NCBI GenBank assembly: GCA_046290225.1 | Contig: JBKAGE010000034.1 | Coordinates: 1 to 64,000, forward strand | Direction: 5' to 3' | From: Bradymonadia bacterium | GTDB lineage: Bacteria > Myxococcota_A > Bradymonadia > UBA7976 > UBA1532 | Length of the DNA: 64,000 bases | Shown here: piece by piece, positions 48,621-58,060 of the stretch | How positions within the stretch are numbered: the stretch's first letter is position 1 | Layout: every line of letters starts with the position of its first letter | Translations under genes and position numbers: made by a program | Notes under the pieces: generated by a model | Database searches by the model: none | What the model was told of the DNA's origin: nothing | The model's input: the letters and a program-made list of their open reading frames with translations, nothing else

Positions 48621-49133
48621 TCAATATGTGAGCAGGCTGTTCACCTTTCTCGGCTCGAGGCGCTTTGCACCTTCGAGGAACGACAGCTCGATCAAGACCG
48701 TCAAAGACACCACCTCGGCGCCGAGGCCTTCACAGAGCTGGCATGCAGCGTTGGCAGTGCCACCTGTGGCCAGCAGATCATCGACGATCATGACTCTGTC
48801 GCCGGCGCCAAGGGCGTCGGCGTGGATCTCCAGGGCGTCGGTGCCGTACTCGAGGGCATATTCCACCCGAGCGGTCTCCGCTGGCAACTTTCCGGGCTTG
48901 CGCACGGGCACGAAGGGCAGCCCGAGGATCTGCGCCACCGGGGTACCGAAGATGAAGCCCCGCGATTCGATGCCCACCACGTGGGTGATGTGCCCCCGGC
49001 CGAGATCGGCCATGGCCTGCACCACATCGTTGAAGGCCGCCGCGTTGGACAAGACGGGGGTGATGTCCTTGAACAGGATGCCTGCCTTGGGGAAATCAGG
49101 AATGTCTCGCACCAGCTGGCGGATGTGGTCCAT
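48621..49133 (-). CDS. apt: adenine phosphoribosyltransferase
   Basis: IPDFPKAGILFKDIT; GIESRGF; RKPGKLP; YALEYGT; IVDDLLATGGT. Confidence 0.97.
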   Translation of the reverse strand: MDHIRQLVRDIPDFPKAGILFKDITPVLSNAAAFNDVVQAMADLGRGHITHVVGIESRGFIFGTPVAQILGLPFVPVRKPGKLPAETARVEYALEYGTDALEIHADALGAGDRVMIVDDLLATGGTANAACQLCEGLGAEVVSLTVLIELSFLEGAKRLEPRKVNSLLTY

Positions 49134-49231
49134 TGGGCCTCTTGGACAATCGTGATGAAGTTGAAAATCGCTGCGTGATTCGCCGAGCCCGCTCGAAGGC
49201 CTGTACTCGGGTGTTCACGCTCGCAGTCGGC

Positions 49232-50002
49232 TCAGCGCGCTGGCAGGTAGGCCATGGGGTCGACCGCCTTGCCTTTGACGCGCACTTCGAAGTGCAGGTG
49301 AGGGCCAGTACTGCGGCCCGTGCTCCCGACCTCGCCGATGCGCTGACCTTGCCGAACCTCATCCCCTTCGTCAACCAGATTGCGACGATTGTGGGCATAC
49401 ACCGTGACGAACTGGTCGGGGTGTTGGATCAGAATCAAGTTGCCGTAACCACGCTGCTTGTTGTTGCTGTAAATCACGGTGCCGGCGGCGGCGGCATAAA
49501 TGGGCGTGCCGGACTTCGCGGCGAAGTCCACGCCTCGATGCATACGACCCCAGCGGGGCCCGTACCCGCTGCTCAAACGGGCGCCCTTGACGGGCCATTT
49601 GAACCGGGACTTCCCCTTCCCCCTCGGCGCAGGCCGCTTCTTCGGGCGCTTGGGCGCCTTCGCCGCCAGCCGCTTCACGAGCTTGTCCACCCCATAGATG
49701 AACAAGTCCTGCCCCACCTCGAGCTGGTTGGGGTTGTCGATGCCGTTCAGCTCGATGAGATCTTCGATGGGCACTTCGTGTCGCTGGGCAATGGCCGAGA
49801 GGAGATCACCGCGGCTCACGGTGTACCAGACGCCGATCAGCTCTGGGGGCTCACCGGCCATGGGGGCCAGCGGCTGGCTGTGGCTGTGCGTATGAGGCTG
49901 TGGAGAGGAGACGCGCCGACCACCACCACCGCACGCAGGCATCAACAGCCACCCCAGGAGGGCGACGGCCAGCAGCAGTGATGACGAGAGTGGGCGTCGC
50001 AC
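49232..50002 (-). CDS. LysM + M23 peptidase lipoprotein (NlpD-like)
   Basis: Lipobox-like MPAC; LysM YTVSRGDLLSAIA; M23 HRGVD, YAH, TGPHLHFE. GTG start at 50002. Confidence 0.9.
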   Translation of the reverse strand: MRRPLSSSLLLAVALLGWLLMPACGGGGRRVSSPQPHTHSHSQPLAPMAGEPPELIGVWYTVSRGDLLSAIAQRHEVPIEDLIELNGIDNPNQLEVGQDLFIYGVDKLVKRLAAKAPKRPKKRPAPRGKGKSRFKWPVKGARLSSGYGPRWGRMHRGVDFAAKSGTPIYAAAAGTVIYSNNKQRGYGNLILIQHPDQFVTVYAHNRRNLVDEGDEVRQGQRIGEVGSTGRSTGPHLHFEVRVKGKAVDPMAYLPAR

Positions 50003-50070
50003 GGCTCGATCCTCGTAGGCCTGAGACACCGACGAAGCCGCGCACGAGCCGAGCGCGGTCAAGAGAGCGC

Positions 50071-51066
50071 TCAGCCCTTGTCGCGACCCAGGCGGGCCAC
50101 CAGGGCAGTGAACAAGAAACCCCCGACCAACAACCCGAGGGCACCGAGCATCTGAGTGGTCTCGGGGCTGTAATATTCGGTCGGGTACTTCGAGGGGTCC
50201 AGTTTGGCCAGAGTTTCGGCGGTGAGCACCTTGCCTTTGAAGGTCTCCCCCACGGCAGGGGCCACCCCCTGTTGGAACGGCCACAGCCCCGCCACAGCGC
50301 CGACGAGCAACCCCAGCAAGACGCCGAGCGTGGGGCGCTCAGCGCGCTCCAGAAGGCGCTTGAGGATGTTGGAGACCACCACCACGCCGATGACCACGCC
50401 GAGGCCCACAGGGAGCACCACGTCGAGGCCCACCTGCATCACGAGATCCATGTCCTTGGCCTTGAGGCCATCCTTGAGGGCGGCGATGCCGTCGAGGATC
50501 GGCACGTACACCCCCATGAGCAGCAACATGTAGCCACCGGAGATGCCCGGCAGGATCATGGCGCTGGCCCCGACCACGCCGGCGAGGAACATCATCAAGA
50601 AGCCGGATTGAGCCGCGGCGTCGGGATTGCTGCCCTGGGCGAGGGCGAGGCCCACCATGGCGGCGCAGCCCACAGCGGCGGCGATCCAGACGCCGTTGGT
50701 GGCCTTGTCGATCATGCCCCAGACCACCGGCACCCCGCCGAGGGTGAGGCCGATGAAGAGCGAGTACATGGCCCACCGGTGACTCACCACCAGATCCTTC
50801 ACCGGACCTGCGAGCAACAAGATGGCCCCCGCAGCGGCAAAGCCCACGGCCCCGAGCAGGATGATGGAGTGCTTCCTGAACTTGAGGGTGGTGAGCTCAG
50901 CGATGGCGTTGATGAACCGGTGGTACACCCCGGCGGCGACGAGCATGGTGCCGCCGCTGATGCCGGGGACGAGGTTGGCGAGGCCCATGAGCAGGCCCCC
51001 CACGAGGCCCCGGAAGACCAGCAAGGGGGTGGGCACGGCGGCGGATTCGTTGGGTCGAGTGTTCAC
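50071..51066 (-). CDS. DUF368-family membrane protein (undecaprenyl-phosphate translocase family)
   Basis: Duplicated motif ANLVPGISGGT / AMILPGISGG; FIGLTLG; multiple TM helices. Confidence 0.88.
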   Translation of the reverse strand: MNTRPNESAAVPTPLLVFRGLVGGLLMGLANLVPGISGGTMLVAAGVYHRFINAIAELTTLKFRKHSIILLGAVGFAAAGAILLLAGPVKDLVVSHRWAMYSLFIGLTLGGVPVVWGMIDKATNGVWIAAAVGCAAMVGLALAQGSNPDAAAQSGFLMMFLAGVVGASAMILPGISGGYMLLLMGVYVPILDGIAALKDGLKAKDMDLVMQVGLDVVLPVGLGVVIGVVVVSNILKRLLERAERPTLGVLLGLLVGAVAGLWPFQQGVAPAVGETFKGKVLTAETLAKLDPSKYPTEYYSPETTQMLGALGLLVGGFLFTALVARLGRDKG

Positions 51067-51099
51067 AGCTGATCCTCTCGGGGCGGCGTGCGGCGCGAC

Positions 51100-51879
51100 T
51101 CAGCCACGGTTGAAGCCGGGCAGGTCGACGGCGGAGAAGCCCTTGAGCTGTTGCTCGTCGGTGAGATCGAGGGTGAGTGGAGTGATGGTGGCGAGGCCCT
51201 CTTCCACGGCGTCACAGTCGCTGCCAGGCTTGCCGTGGAACCCGAGGAAGTCGGCGCCGATCCAGTAGTAGGGTCGATGGCGCGGATCGGTGGCCTCGGT
51301 CACTGTAGGCCCGTAGTCACGGATGCCCGCCCGGGTCCAGCGATACTGAGCCACGGGGGCGCCGTCGGTGTCGGGCACGTTGACGTTGAGCAGCGTGCGC
51401 GGGGCGAGTCCGCGCTGCAGGACCATCTGGGCCACGGCGACGGCAAACTCCGCCGCTGGCGCAAAATCTTTGGGGCGATGGGCCGCGAGGCTCACAGCCA
51501 TCGAGGAGATGCCCGCGTGGGCGCCCTCCATGGCCCCACCTACGGTGCCCGAGTACAACACGTCGTCGGCGAGGTTGGGCCCATGGTTGATGCCGCTCAC
51601 CACGAGGTCGGGCTTGCGCGGCAGCAACTGGTAGAGCCCGAGGTAGACGCAGTCGGTGGGGGTGCCATCGACGGCCCAGCGGGCGGCCTCCTTGCCCTTG
51701 GGAGATCTGGAGCGGGCTCTCAATGGCGTATCGAGGCTGATGGCGTGTCCGATGCCCGATCGATCGCGATCAGGGGCCACCACCATGACGTCACCGATGT
51801 GTGTGAGGGCTTGGGCAAGGGCGTGGATGCCCCGCGCCTCGATCCCGTCGTCGTTGGTGACCAGGATCAATGGGGACAC
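51100..51879 (-). CDS. surE: 5'/3'-nucleotidase SurE
   Basis: ILVTNDDG; VDGTPTDCV; SGINHGPN; YSGTV; LNVNVP. GTG 51879 with GGAGG RBS. Confidence 0.96.
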   Translation of the reverse strand: MSPLILVTNDDGIEARGIHALAQALTHIGDVMVVAPDRDRSGIGHAISLDTPLRARSRSPKGKEAARWAVDGTPTDCVYLGLYQLLPRKPDLVVSGINHGPNLADDVLYSGTVGGAMEGAHAGISSMAVSLAAHRPKDFAPAAEFAVAVAQMVLQRGLAPRTLLNVNVPDTDGAPVAQYRWTRAGIRDYGPTVTEATDPRHRPYYWIGADFLGFHGKPGSDCDAVEEGLATITPLTLDLTDEQQLKGFSAVDLPGFNRG

Positions 51880-51931
51880 GGTTGACCTCCACTGGATGGG
51901 CCTGCTGCAACACGGCGCAGCGAGCAGATAC

Positions 51932-51965
51932 AAAAAAGGCCGCGAGGCGTATGCCTCGCGGCCTT
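51932..51965 (-). terminator. rho-independent terminator after tRNA-Pro
   Basis: AAGGCCGCGAGGC-ATAC-GCCTCGCGGCCTTTTTT on the minus strand. Confidence 0.88.
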
Positions 51966-51968
51966 CTG

Positions 51969-52042
51969 TCGGGGTGAGAGGATTTGAACCTCCGACCACT
52001 TGCACCCCATGCAAGTGCGCTACCAGACTGCGCTACACCCCG
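51969..52042 (-). tRNA. tRNA-Pro (GGG)
   Basis: CGGGGTGTAGCGCAGTCTGGTAGCGCACTTGC-ATGGGGT-GCAAGTGGTCGGAGGTTCAAATCCTCTCACCCCGA cloverleaf. Confidence 0.96.
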
Positions 52043-52055
52043 TAACGCGGTGCGG

Positions 52056-52084
52056 AATCTAAGGGTGACGCTCTCTGGTGTCAA
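52056..52084 (-). promoter_or_regulatory. sigma70 promoter of tRNA-Pro
   Basis: TTGACA-N17-TAGATT, 13 nt upstream of the tRNA. Confidence 0.75.
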
Positions 52085-52100
52085 CCATGATTGTCGTTTT

Positions 52101-52640
52101 TTATTCTTCAGGCTCGGAAAGCCGCATGGCCAGGCCGTTCAGCTGACCCTTCAGGTGAGCCGCCCAGGTCTTGCGAAGGGCCTCCGAAGCCCTCAGTCGG
52201 GTCCGCCAGAAGTGGGCCTCTTCTTCAGCGGCTTCGAGATCTCGACTGGCTCGGGCGAGATCGCTGCGGGACTGCTCGAGCATGCGCTCGAGCTCGGCGA
52301 TGCGATCTTCTGCAGCGCTCAAGCTCACCACCGCCTCGGCAGGACGAGCGGCGAGGGCTGCCTCGATGGCCTCCTCGCCTTCGGCAAGGAGTGCTCGGGC
52401 ACCGGCAATGGTGTACTTGCGTTCGTGGAGCAGGCTGCGAATGCGCCTGAGCGTGATGACGTCGTTGCGGCTGTAGATGCGGTGGCCGTTGACCCCTTTT
52501 CGGGGCCTGAGCTGGCTGAATTCGCTCTCCCAGAAGCGCAGCACGTAGGGCTTGACGCCTACGAGCTTGCTCACCTCCCCGATCTTAAACTGGAGCTTCT
52601 CGGGGATGGGCTGTTCTAGAGGATTGCGGCCAGACGCCAT
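52101..52640 (-). CDS. MerR-family transcriptional regulator (ihfA-linked)
   Basis: FKIGEVSKLVGVKPYVLRFWESEF; YTIAGAR; C-terminal coiled coil; usual position between ihfA and tRNA-Pro. Confidence 0.9.
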   Translation of the reverse strand: MASGRNPLEQPIPEKLQFKIGEVSKLVGVKPYVLRFWESEFSQLRPRKGVNGHRIYSRNDVITLRRIRSLLHERKYTIAGARALLAEGEEAIEAALAARPAEAVVSLSAAEDRIAELERMLEQSRSDLARASRDLEAAEEEAHFWRTRLRASEALRKTWAAHLKGQLNGLAMRLSEPEE

Positions 52641-52659
52641 AAGTGAGGTAGGCCGTTGC

Positions 52660-52938
52660 TCAGGTGTTGATGATGTTCTTGAGCACCTGACTGGGCTTGA
52701 AGGTCAACACCTTCCGGGGGGCGATGGTGATCTCCTGCCCGGTTTGGGGGTTGCGGCCGGTGCGCTCTTTTTTCTGGCGCACGACAAAGTTGCCAAAACC
52801 GCTGATCTTGATCTTCTCGCCTTTTTCGAGAGTGCCTTTGATGGTCTCGAAGACGAATTCAACGATCTCCGCAGCCTCTTTCTTCGAGAAGCCACCGAGG
52901 TTCTGGTACACCTGCTCGACGATGTCCGCCTTGGTCAT
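52660..52938 (-). CDS. ihfA: integration host factor subunit alpha
   Basis: MTKADIV; KISGFGNF; GRNPQTG; TFKPSQ; directly after pheT. Confidence 0.95.
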   Translation of the reverse strand: MTKADIVEQVYQNLGGFSKKEAAEIVEFVFETIKGTLEKGEKIKISGFGNFVVRQKKERTGRNPQTGQEITIAPRKVLTFKPSQVLKNIINT

Positions 52939-52988
52939 GACGCCTTTTAATGGTCAATCTCGAACAACGCTGATCGGCGACTGAGGTC

Positions 52989-55427
52989 TCACCTCAGTTT
53001 CGCCCCCACCGTCTGCCCGAGGTGTGAAAGCAACTGCTCTTTTGTGCTCTGGATGTCAGTCTCCGTCAGCGTTCGACCAATGGCTCGGAAGGTGATGGAA
53101 ATCGCCACGCTCCGGTTGCCTTCGCCAACCGCTGAACCTTCGTATACGTCAAAGATCTCAGCGCTGTCAACGACCTCTATGGCCAATTCCTCAATGGCTG
53201 CCAGCACTTGGCCAGCGGCGACCTCCGCGGGGATCACCAGGGCCAGATCGCGGGTGGCGCTGGGGAAGGTGGAGAAGGCCTTGAACTGGCGCTGGGAGAC
53301 CTCACCAAGCAGGGGCTTGAGGCGCAGCTCGGCGAGCCACAGCGGCCCCGGCAAATCGAGATCGAGGCCCGGCTTGCTGAGGGTGCGCACGAGACCGGGG
53401 TGCAGCTGACCCACGTGGCCCACATGTGCCCCGTTCATGGAGAGCGCCACCGTGGCCCCTGGATGCAGCCAGGTCGGCGCATCGGCGGTCGTGGCCTCAG
53501 GCGCTGGCAAACCCAGCACCGTCCAGAGGTCTTCGACGAGGCCCTTGAGATCGTAGAAGTCGGCCTTCTGGCGACCCTCGCCCCAGAACAGCGGACGATC
53601 TCCACCGAGCACGATGCCGAGGCGAGGCTCCTCCCTGGGCAGATCTTCACCTGCCTGGGGCAGGAAGACCTTGCCCAGCTCGAAGAGGGCCACGCTCCGG
53701 GCGCCGTGACGCAGGTTGTGAGCAGCGGCCATGACCAGGCGCGGCGCCAGGAGCCGCCGCATGACCGCCAGCTCCTCGCTGATGGGGTTGAGCAGCTTCA
53801 GATGACCAGGGCCGTCGAAGGCCTCGCCGATGACCTGGTTGTGGAAGCTGAAGCCGATGGTCTGGTGGTAGCCGCGGCTCGTGAGGAAGCCACGCAGGCG
53901 GCGCTCGCGCTCCAGAGTCTGACGCGTCTGCGAGGTGGCCAGGGCGGTGTCGGCGTCGGCGCTGGGCATCTTGCCCTCGATGGCGTCGTAGCCCACGAAG
54001 CGGACCACTTCTTCCACGAGATCGGCGGGCTCGGCCACATCAGAACGCCACGTGGGGGCCGTGACCTGCCACGACTCGGCGCCCTCGTCGACGTCGAAGC
54101 CGAAGGCGGTCAACGCCTGCTTCTGTTGCTCGGCGGGGAACTTCACTCCCACGCGGCGATCGCTGTCGGCGGGCGAGTAGCCCACCGTCACTCGGGGGAT
54201 CTCTCGCGCCACGGTCTCGGTCACCGCGTCGACCACGACGGGGCTGGTGCCCGGCGCAGACAGCTCACAGAACAGCTTCGCGGCGCGATCGGCGGCGAAC
54301 CGGCAGCCAGTGGAATCAACGCTCCGCTCGAAGCGCTTGCTGGACTCGCTGCCGAGGCCCACGCGCTTGGAGGTCATCCGGATGGTCTTGGGCTGGAACC
54401 ACGCCGACTCGAGGAACACCTCGGTGGTCTCGTCAGAGACCTCGCTGGTCTGGCCGCCCATGACCCCGGCGAGGGCCACGGGCCCCTCAGCATCACAGAT
54501 GACAAGATCGTCCGCGGTGAGCGTGCGCTCCACGTCATCGAGGGTGGTCAGCCGCTCGCCGGCCTCGGCGGTGCGCACGTGGATCGACGGCCCGCGCAGC
54601 GTATGCAGGTCGAAGGCGTGCAGGGGCTGGCCGAGTTCGAAGAGCACGAAGTTGGTCACGTCCACGAGGTTGTTGATCGAGCGCACGCCCACAGCCTCGA
54701 GCAGCCGCCGCATCCAGAACGGACTCGGCGCCACCCCGAGGCCCCGGATCACCCTGCCGATGTACTGAGCGCATCGCTGGGCGTCGGCGATGGAGACAGG
54801 CACCGCAGGCCCCTCCCCCACCGCTGGAAGCTCGATGGAGGGCATCTTCAGCGGCGCACCAGAGATGGCCGCGAGCTCTCGGGCGATGCCCACGTGACTC
54901 AGGCAGTCGCCTCGGTTGGCGGTGACGCCCACGTCGAGGATGGTGTCTTCGATGGGCAGGGCGTCCACTAGGGCTTGACCGGCCACAAGGCCGCTGTCGA
55001 GCTCGGCGATGCCTGCACGCACATCAGAGAGCCCAATCTCGTCTTCACCGCAGAGCATGCCTGGGCTGAGTACGTCCCGCACCGGCCGTGCGGCGATCTC
55101 GAAGGTCTTGGGCGTGCCCGTCTTGGGATCAGGCAGCCGAGATCCCACCTGAGCAAAGGCCACGGTGAGGCCCGCGCGACAGTTGGGCGCACCACAGACG
55201 ATGTCGAGGGTTTCGCTGCCGGCGTCCACGTGGGCGATCTTGAGCTTGTCCGAGTTTGGGTGGGCCCGGGTCTCCAGGACCTTGGCCACGATGACCCCGT
55301 CGAAGGTGGCCTTGAGCGGGTCGATCCCATCGACCTCGGTGCCCGAGAGGGTGAGGCGCTCGGCGATCTGCTCAGCGCTCCAGTCCACATCTACATAACG
55401 GCGCAGCCAGTTGAGGCTGATCTTCAT
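52989..55427 (-). CDS. pheT: phenylalanine--tRNA ligase beta subunit
   Basis: MKISLNWL; HPNSDKL; IVCGAPN; TANRGDCLS; INNLVDVTN; C-terminal FDX-ACB domain (RDLA, FDVY). Confidence 0.97.
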   Translation of the reverse strand: MKISLNWLRRYVDVDWSAEQIAERLTLSGTEVDGIDPLKATFDGVIVAKVLETRAHPNSDKLKIAHVDAGSETLDIVCGAPNCRAGLTVAFAQVGSRLPDPKTGTPKTFEIAARPVRDVLSPGMLCGEDEIGLSDVRAGIAELDSGLVAGQALVDALPIEDTILDVGVTANRGDCLSHVGIARELAAISGAPLKMPSIELPAVGEGPAVPVSIADAQRCAQYIGRVIRGLGVAPSPFWMRRLLEAVGVRSINNLVDVTNFVLFELGQPLHAFDLHTLRGPSIHVRTAEAGERLTTLDDVERTLTADDLVICDAEGPVALAGVMGGQTSEVSDETTEVFLESAWFQPKTIRMTSKRVGLGSESSKRFERSVDSTGCRFAADRAAKLFCELSAPGTSPVVVDAVTETVAREIPRVTVGYSPADSDRRVGVKFPAEQQKQALTAFGFDVDEGAESWQVTAPTWRSDVAEPADLVEEVVRFVGYDAIEGKMPSADADTALATSQTRQTLERERRLRGFLTSRGYHQTIGFSFHNQVIGEAFDGPGHLKLLNPISEELAVMRRLLAPRLVMAAAHNLRHGARSVALFELGKVFLPQAGEDLPREEPRLGIVLGGDRPLFWGEGRQKADFYDLKGLVEDLWTVLGLPAPEATTADAPTWLHPGATVALSMNGAHVGHVGQLHPGLVRTLSKPGLDLDLPGPLWLAELRLKPLLGEVSQRQFKAFSTFPSATRDLALVIPAEVAAGQVLAAIEELAIEVVDSAEIFDVYEGSAVGEGNRSVAISITFRAIGRTLTETDIQSTKEQLLSHLGQTVGAKLR

Positions 55428-55461
55428 GTCGACTTCTCCGTGAGTGTGTCGGGCGTTGAGT

Positions 55462-56502
55462 TCAGACGAACTGCTTGTGGAACCGCAGATCGCCGCGGAA
55501 CAGGTTGTCGATGCCGGTGATGCCGTAGCGGATCATGGCGAGGCGCTCGACGCCGAGGCCGAAGGCGAAGCCCTGCACCTCGTTGGGATCGTAGCCCACG
55601 TTCCGCAGCACCTGGGGGTGCACCATGCCGGAGCCGAGGACCTCCATCCACTCCCCGCGATCGGGGTTCCAGACATCCACCTCGACGCTGGGCTCGGTGA
55701 AGGGGAAGTAGCTCGGGCGGAACCGCACAGGCTTGTCTTCGCCAAAGAGCCGGTGCAGGAAGGCGGTGAGCACCCCCTTGAGATCGGCCAGGGTGGTGTC
55801 GGTGTCGATCCACAGGCCCTCGATCTGATGGAACATGGGGCTGTGAGTGGCGTCGGAGTCGCACCGGAACACCCGACCGGGGGCGATGATGCGCACCGGG
55901 GGCTTCTGCTTCTCCATGGTGCGGATCTGCACTGGGCTGGTCTGCGTGCGCAGGACCCTCCGGCCGGACAGATAGAACGTGTCCTGCATGTCCCGCGCGG
56001 GGTGCTCTTCGGGCATGTTGAGCAGGTCGAAGTTGTACCGCTCGTGCTCCAGCTCCGGGCCGTCGGCGATGTCGAAGCCCAAGGCCATGAAGGCGTCGAT
56101 GAGCTCGTCCATCACCGCCTGGATGGGGTGAATGGCCCCTTGGAACGTGCGCCGACCGGGCAGAGAGACGTCGATGGCCCCTGCCTGGAGCGCTGCGTCG
56201 ATGCTCGCCTGCTCCAGACGCTCGGCGGCCTCGGCGAAGAGGCCCTCGACGGTCTGCTTGGCTTCGTTGATGAACTGGCCCGCTTGTGGGCGGCTGCTCT
56301 TGTCGAGCTTGCCCAACATGCGCATCACCTGCCCAAAGGCCCCCTTGCGGCCGAGGAACTTTGCCCGGGCCTCGGGAAGATCAACCTCACGGGCCACGGC
56401 GGCGGCGACGCCACGGGCCTCTTCGGTCAGGCGAGACAGCTCGCCCTGCAGGGCAGCCATCGGATCATCAGCGGGTGATGTGGAGGACGGAGTGTCGCTC
56501 AT
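55462..56502 (-). CDS. pheS: phenylalanine--tRNA ligase alpha subunit
   Basis: HPARDMQDTFY; LRTQTSPVQ; THSPMFHQIEG; FPFTEPS; GFAFGLGVERLAM. Confidence 0.97.
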   Translation of the reverse strand: MSDTPSSTSPADDPMAALQGELSRLTEEARGVAAAVAREVDLPEARAKFLGRKGAFGQVMRMLGKLDKSSRPQAGQFINEAKQTVEGLFAEAAERLEQASIDAALQAGAIDVSLPGRRTFQGAIHPIQAVMDELIDAFMALGFDIADGPELEHERYNFDLLNMPEEHPARDMQDTFYLSGRRVLRTQTSPVQIRTMEKQKPPVRIIAPGRVFRCDSDATHSPMFHQIEGLWIDTDTTLADLKGVLTAFLHRLFGEDKPVRFRPSYFPFTEPSVEVDVWNPDRGEWMEVLGSGMVHPQVLRNVGYDPNEVQGFAFGLGVERLAMIRYGITGIDNLFRGDLRFHKQFV

Positions 56503-56601
56503 GAGAGCCCCATCTTCGGCGTGTGTACGCCGGGCCGGGCCCATGGAGGCCGGCCGGGATTGAGACTCTCATCGCTCTCGGGCCGACGCCCTGGGCGGGT
56601 A

Positions 56602-56958
56602 TCAGTTCAGCGCAGCTCGGGCGGTGCTCACCACCTCAGCAAAGGCGTTGGGATCGGCGATGGCCAGCTCGGCGAGGACCTTGCGGTCCAGCTCGACGTT
56701 GGCCTTGGTGAGGCCACCGATGAGGCGGCTGTAGCTCATGCCCTGCTGACGAGCAGCGGCGTTGATGCGCACGATCCAGAGACGGCGGTAGGCCCGCTTG
56801 CGCTGCTTGCGATCGCGGTAGGCGTACACGAGCCCACGCTCGACGGCCTCGACGGCGGAGCGGAAGAGCTTGCTGTGCGCACCCCGGTAGCCCTTGGCGA
56901 GCTTGAGGACGCGGTTACGACGACGCCGGGCTTTAAATCCGCGCTTGACGCGTGACAT
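56602..56958 (-). CDS. rplT: 50S ribosomal protein L20
   Basis: [36 protein letters not shown]. Confidence 0.98.
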   Translation of the reverse strand: MSRVKRGFKARRRRNRVLKLAKGYRGAHSKLFRSAVEAVERGLVYAYRDRKQRKRAYRRLWIVRINAAARQQGMSYSRLIGGLTKANVELDRKVLAELAIADPNAFAEVVSTARAALN

Positions 56959-57095
56959 GGCAAATACCTCTCAATGTGCCTCTGACACGCCCTCGGGTTG
57001 TCACCCCGAGTGTTGGCCGCGCCCAGAGGGGGTCATAAAAAATTGAACTCAGACGAGCGTTTCAGAGCCTGAGGCTCTGATGAATCAACACTGAT

Positions 57096-57299
57096 TCAGG
57101 GCGTGCCGTAGGGCAGCAGCTGCTTCACGAGGTTGGCGTCGCCCTTGTTGAGGGTGCCGCCACCGCGCAGCTGACGCTTACGCTTGGTGCTCATCTTGGT
57201 CAGGATGTGGCGCTTGTTGGCACGGTTGAAGCGGACCTTGCCGCTCTTGCTCACCTTGAACCGCTTCCGGGCGCCCCGGTTGGTCTTCATCTTCGGCAT
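57096..57299 (-). CDS. rpmI: 50S ribosomal protein L35
   Basis: MPKMKTNRGARKRFK...HILTKMSTKRKRQLR. Confidence 0.97.
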   Translation of the reverse strand: MPKMKTNRGARKRFKVSKSGKVRFNRANKRHILTKMSTKRKRQLRGGGTLNKGDANLVKQLLPYGTP

Positions 57300-57373
57300 G
57301 AAACCAGCCTCCGGCACCCCACCGGGCCTTCGACGAGGTCGACGACCAGGCTGTGCCATACGGGTGAAACACA

Positions 57374-57399
57374 AACGCCCGTCGGAAGGACGGGCGCTT
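57374..57399 (-). terminator. hairpin / weak terminator after tRNA-Val
   Basis: GCGCCCGTC-CTTCC-GACGGGCGT followed by TTGTGTTT on the minus strand. Confidence 0.55.
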
Positions 57400-57416
57400 G
57401 AAGGATGTCAATCTAG

Positions 57417-57488
57417 TAGACGCGGGCGGGATTGAACCGCCGACCCCTTCCACGTCAAGGAAGTGCTCTCCCACTGAGCTACGCGTCT
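57417..57488 (-). tRNA. tRNA-Val (GAC)
   Basis: AGACGCGTAGCTCAGTGGGAGAGCACTTCC-TTGACGT-GGAAGGGGTCGGCGGTTCAATCCCGCCCGCGTCTA cloverleaf. Confidence 0.96.
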
Positions 57489-57502
57489 GTGAAGCGGAGC
57501 GG

Positions 57503-57531
57503 TTTCTACCAACGACCTCTGAGAGAGTCAA
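57503..57531 (-). promoter_or_regulatory. sigma70 promoter of tRNA-Val
   Basis: TTGACT-N17-TAGAAA, 14 nt upstream of the tRNA. Confidence 0.6.
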
Positions 57532-57616
57532 GCAGTTTTGAAAAATCTCTTCGATGTTGTGCTCGCTGGCCCTGCCGACTTGCGCCTCCCCTGCCCTTCG
57601 GGCCACCCTGTCCCCC

Positions 57617-58060
57617 ATGAGCGGTGGCCCCCACACACGCAGATTTCAGTCCGCCGTCGAGGCGCTCTCTGCCCTCGTGGCAGAGCTGCCTGGTCAGGGC
57701 AACAAGCCCCTCGACACCCTCAAGCTGAAGTGGGTGGCCCTCTGCGGTCAGCCTCTCGGGCACTTCACCGAGCCCACAGCCATGGCCGGCGAGGTGCTCA
57801 CGGTGGTGGCCCGCGGGCCACACTGGAAGCAAGCCTTGGAGGAGCAGGCGGGACAGGTGCTCTCCCGAGTGAGGGCCGTGGCCCCCGAGATCAGGTGGAT
57901 CCGGATCCGCGCCGGGGCCCCCAAGGTGGTCCGGGTCACCCCGAAGCCCGTGGTGGAGCCCGACCCCCGGAACGCCGACATAGAGGAAGATGACCTGCGC
58001 GACGCCCTCGACGCCCTGTGCGCCGCGGTGACGCGCCGCAAACGAGAGGACGAGGCATGA
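57617..58060 (+). CDS. DciA / DUF721-family protein
   Basis: KWVALCGQPLGHFTEP...EVLTV....HWKQAL pattern typical of DUF721; start uncertain. Confidence 0.65.
   Translation: MSGGPHTRRFQSAVEALSALVAELPGQGNKPLDTLKLKWVALCGQPLGHFTEPTAMAGEVLTVVARGPHWKQALEEQAGQVLSRVRAVAPEIRWIRIRAGAPKVVRVTPKPVVEPDPRNADIEEDDLRDALDALCAAVTRRKREDEA

Noticed and set aside
57406..57411. TTGACA just downstream of tRNA-Val as a promoter for rpmI
   Set aside because: No -10-like hexamer at 16-18 nt spacing; that position falls in a GC hairpin.
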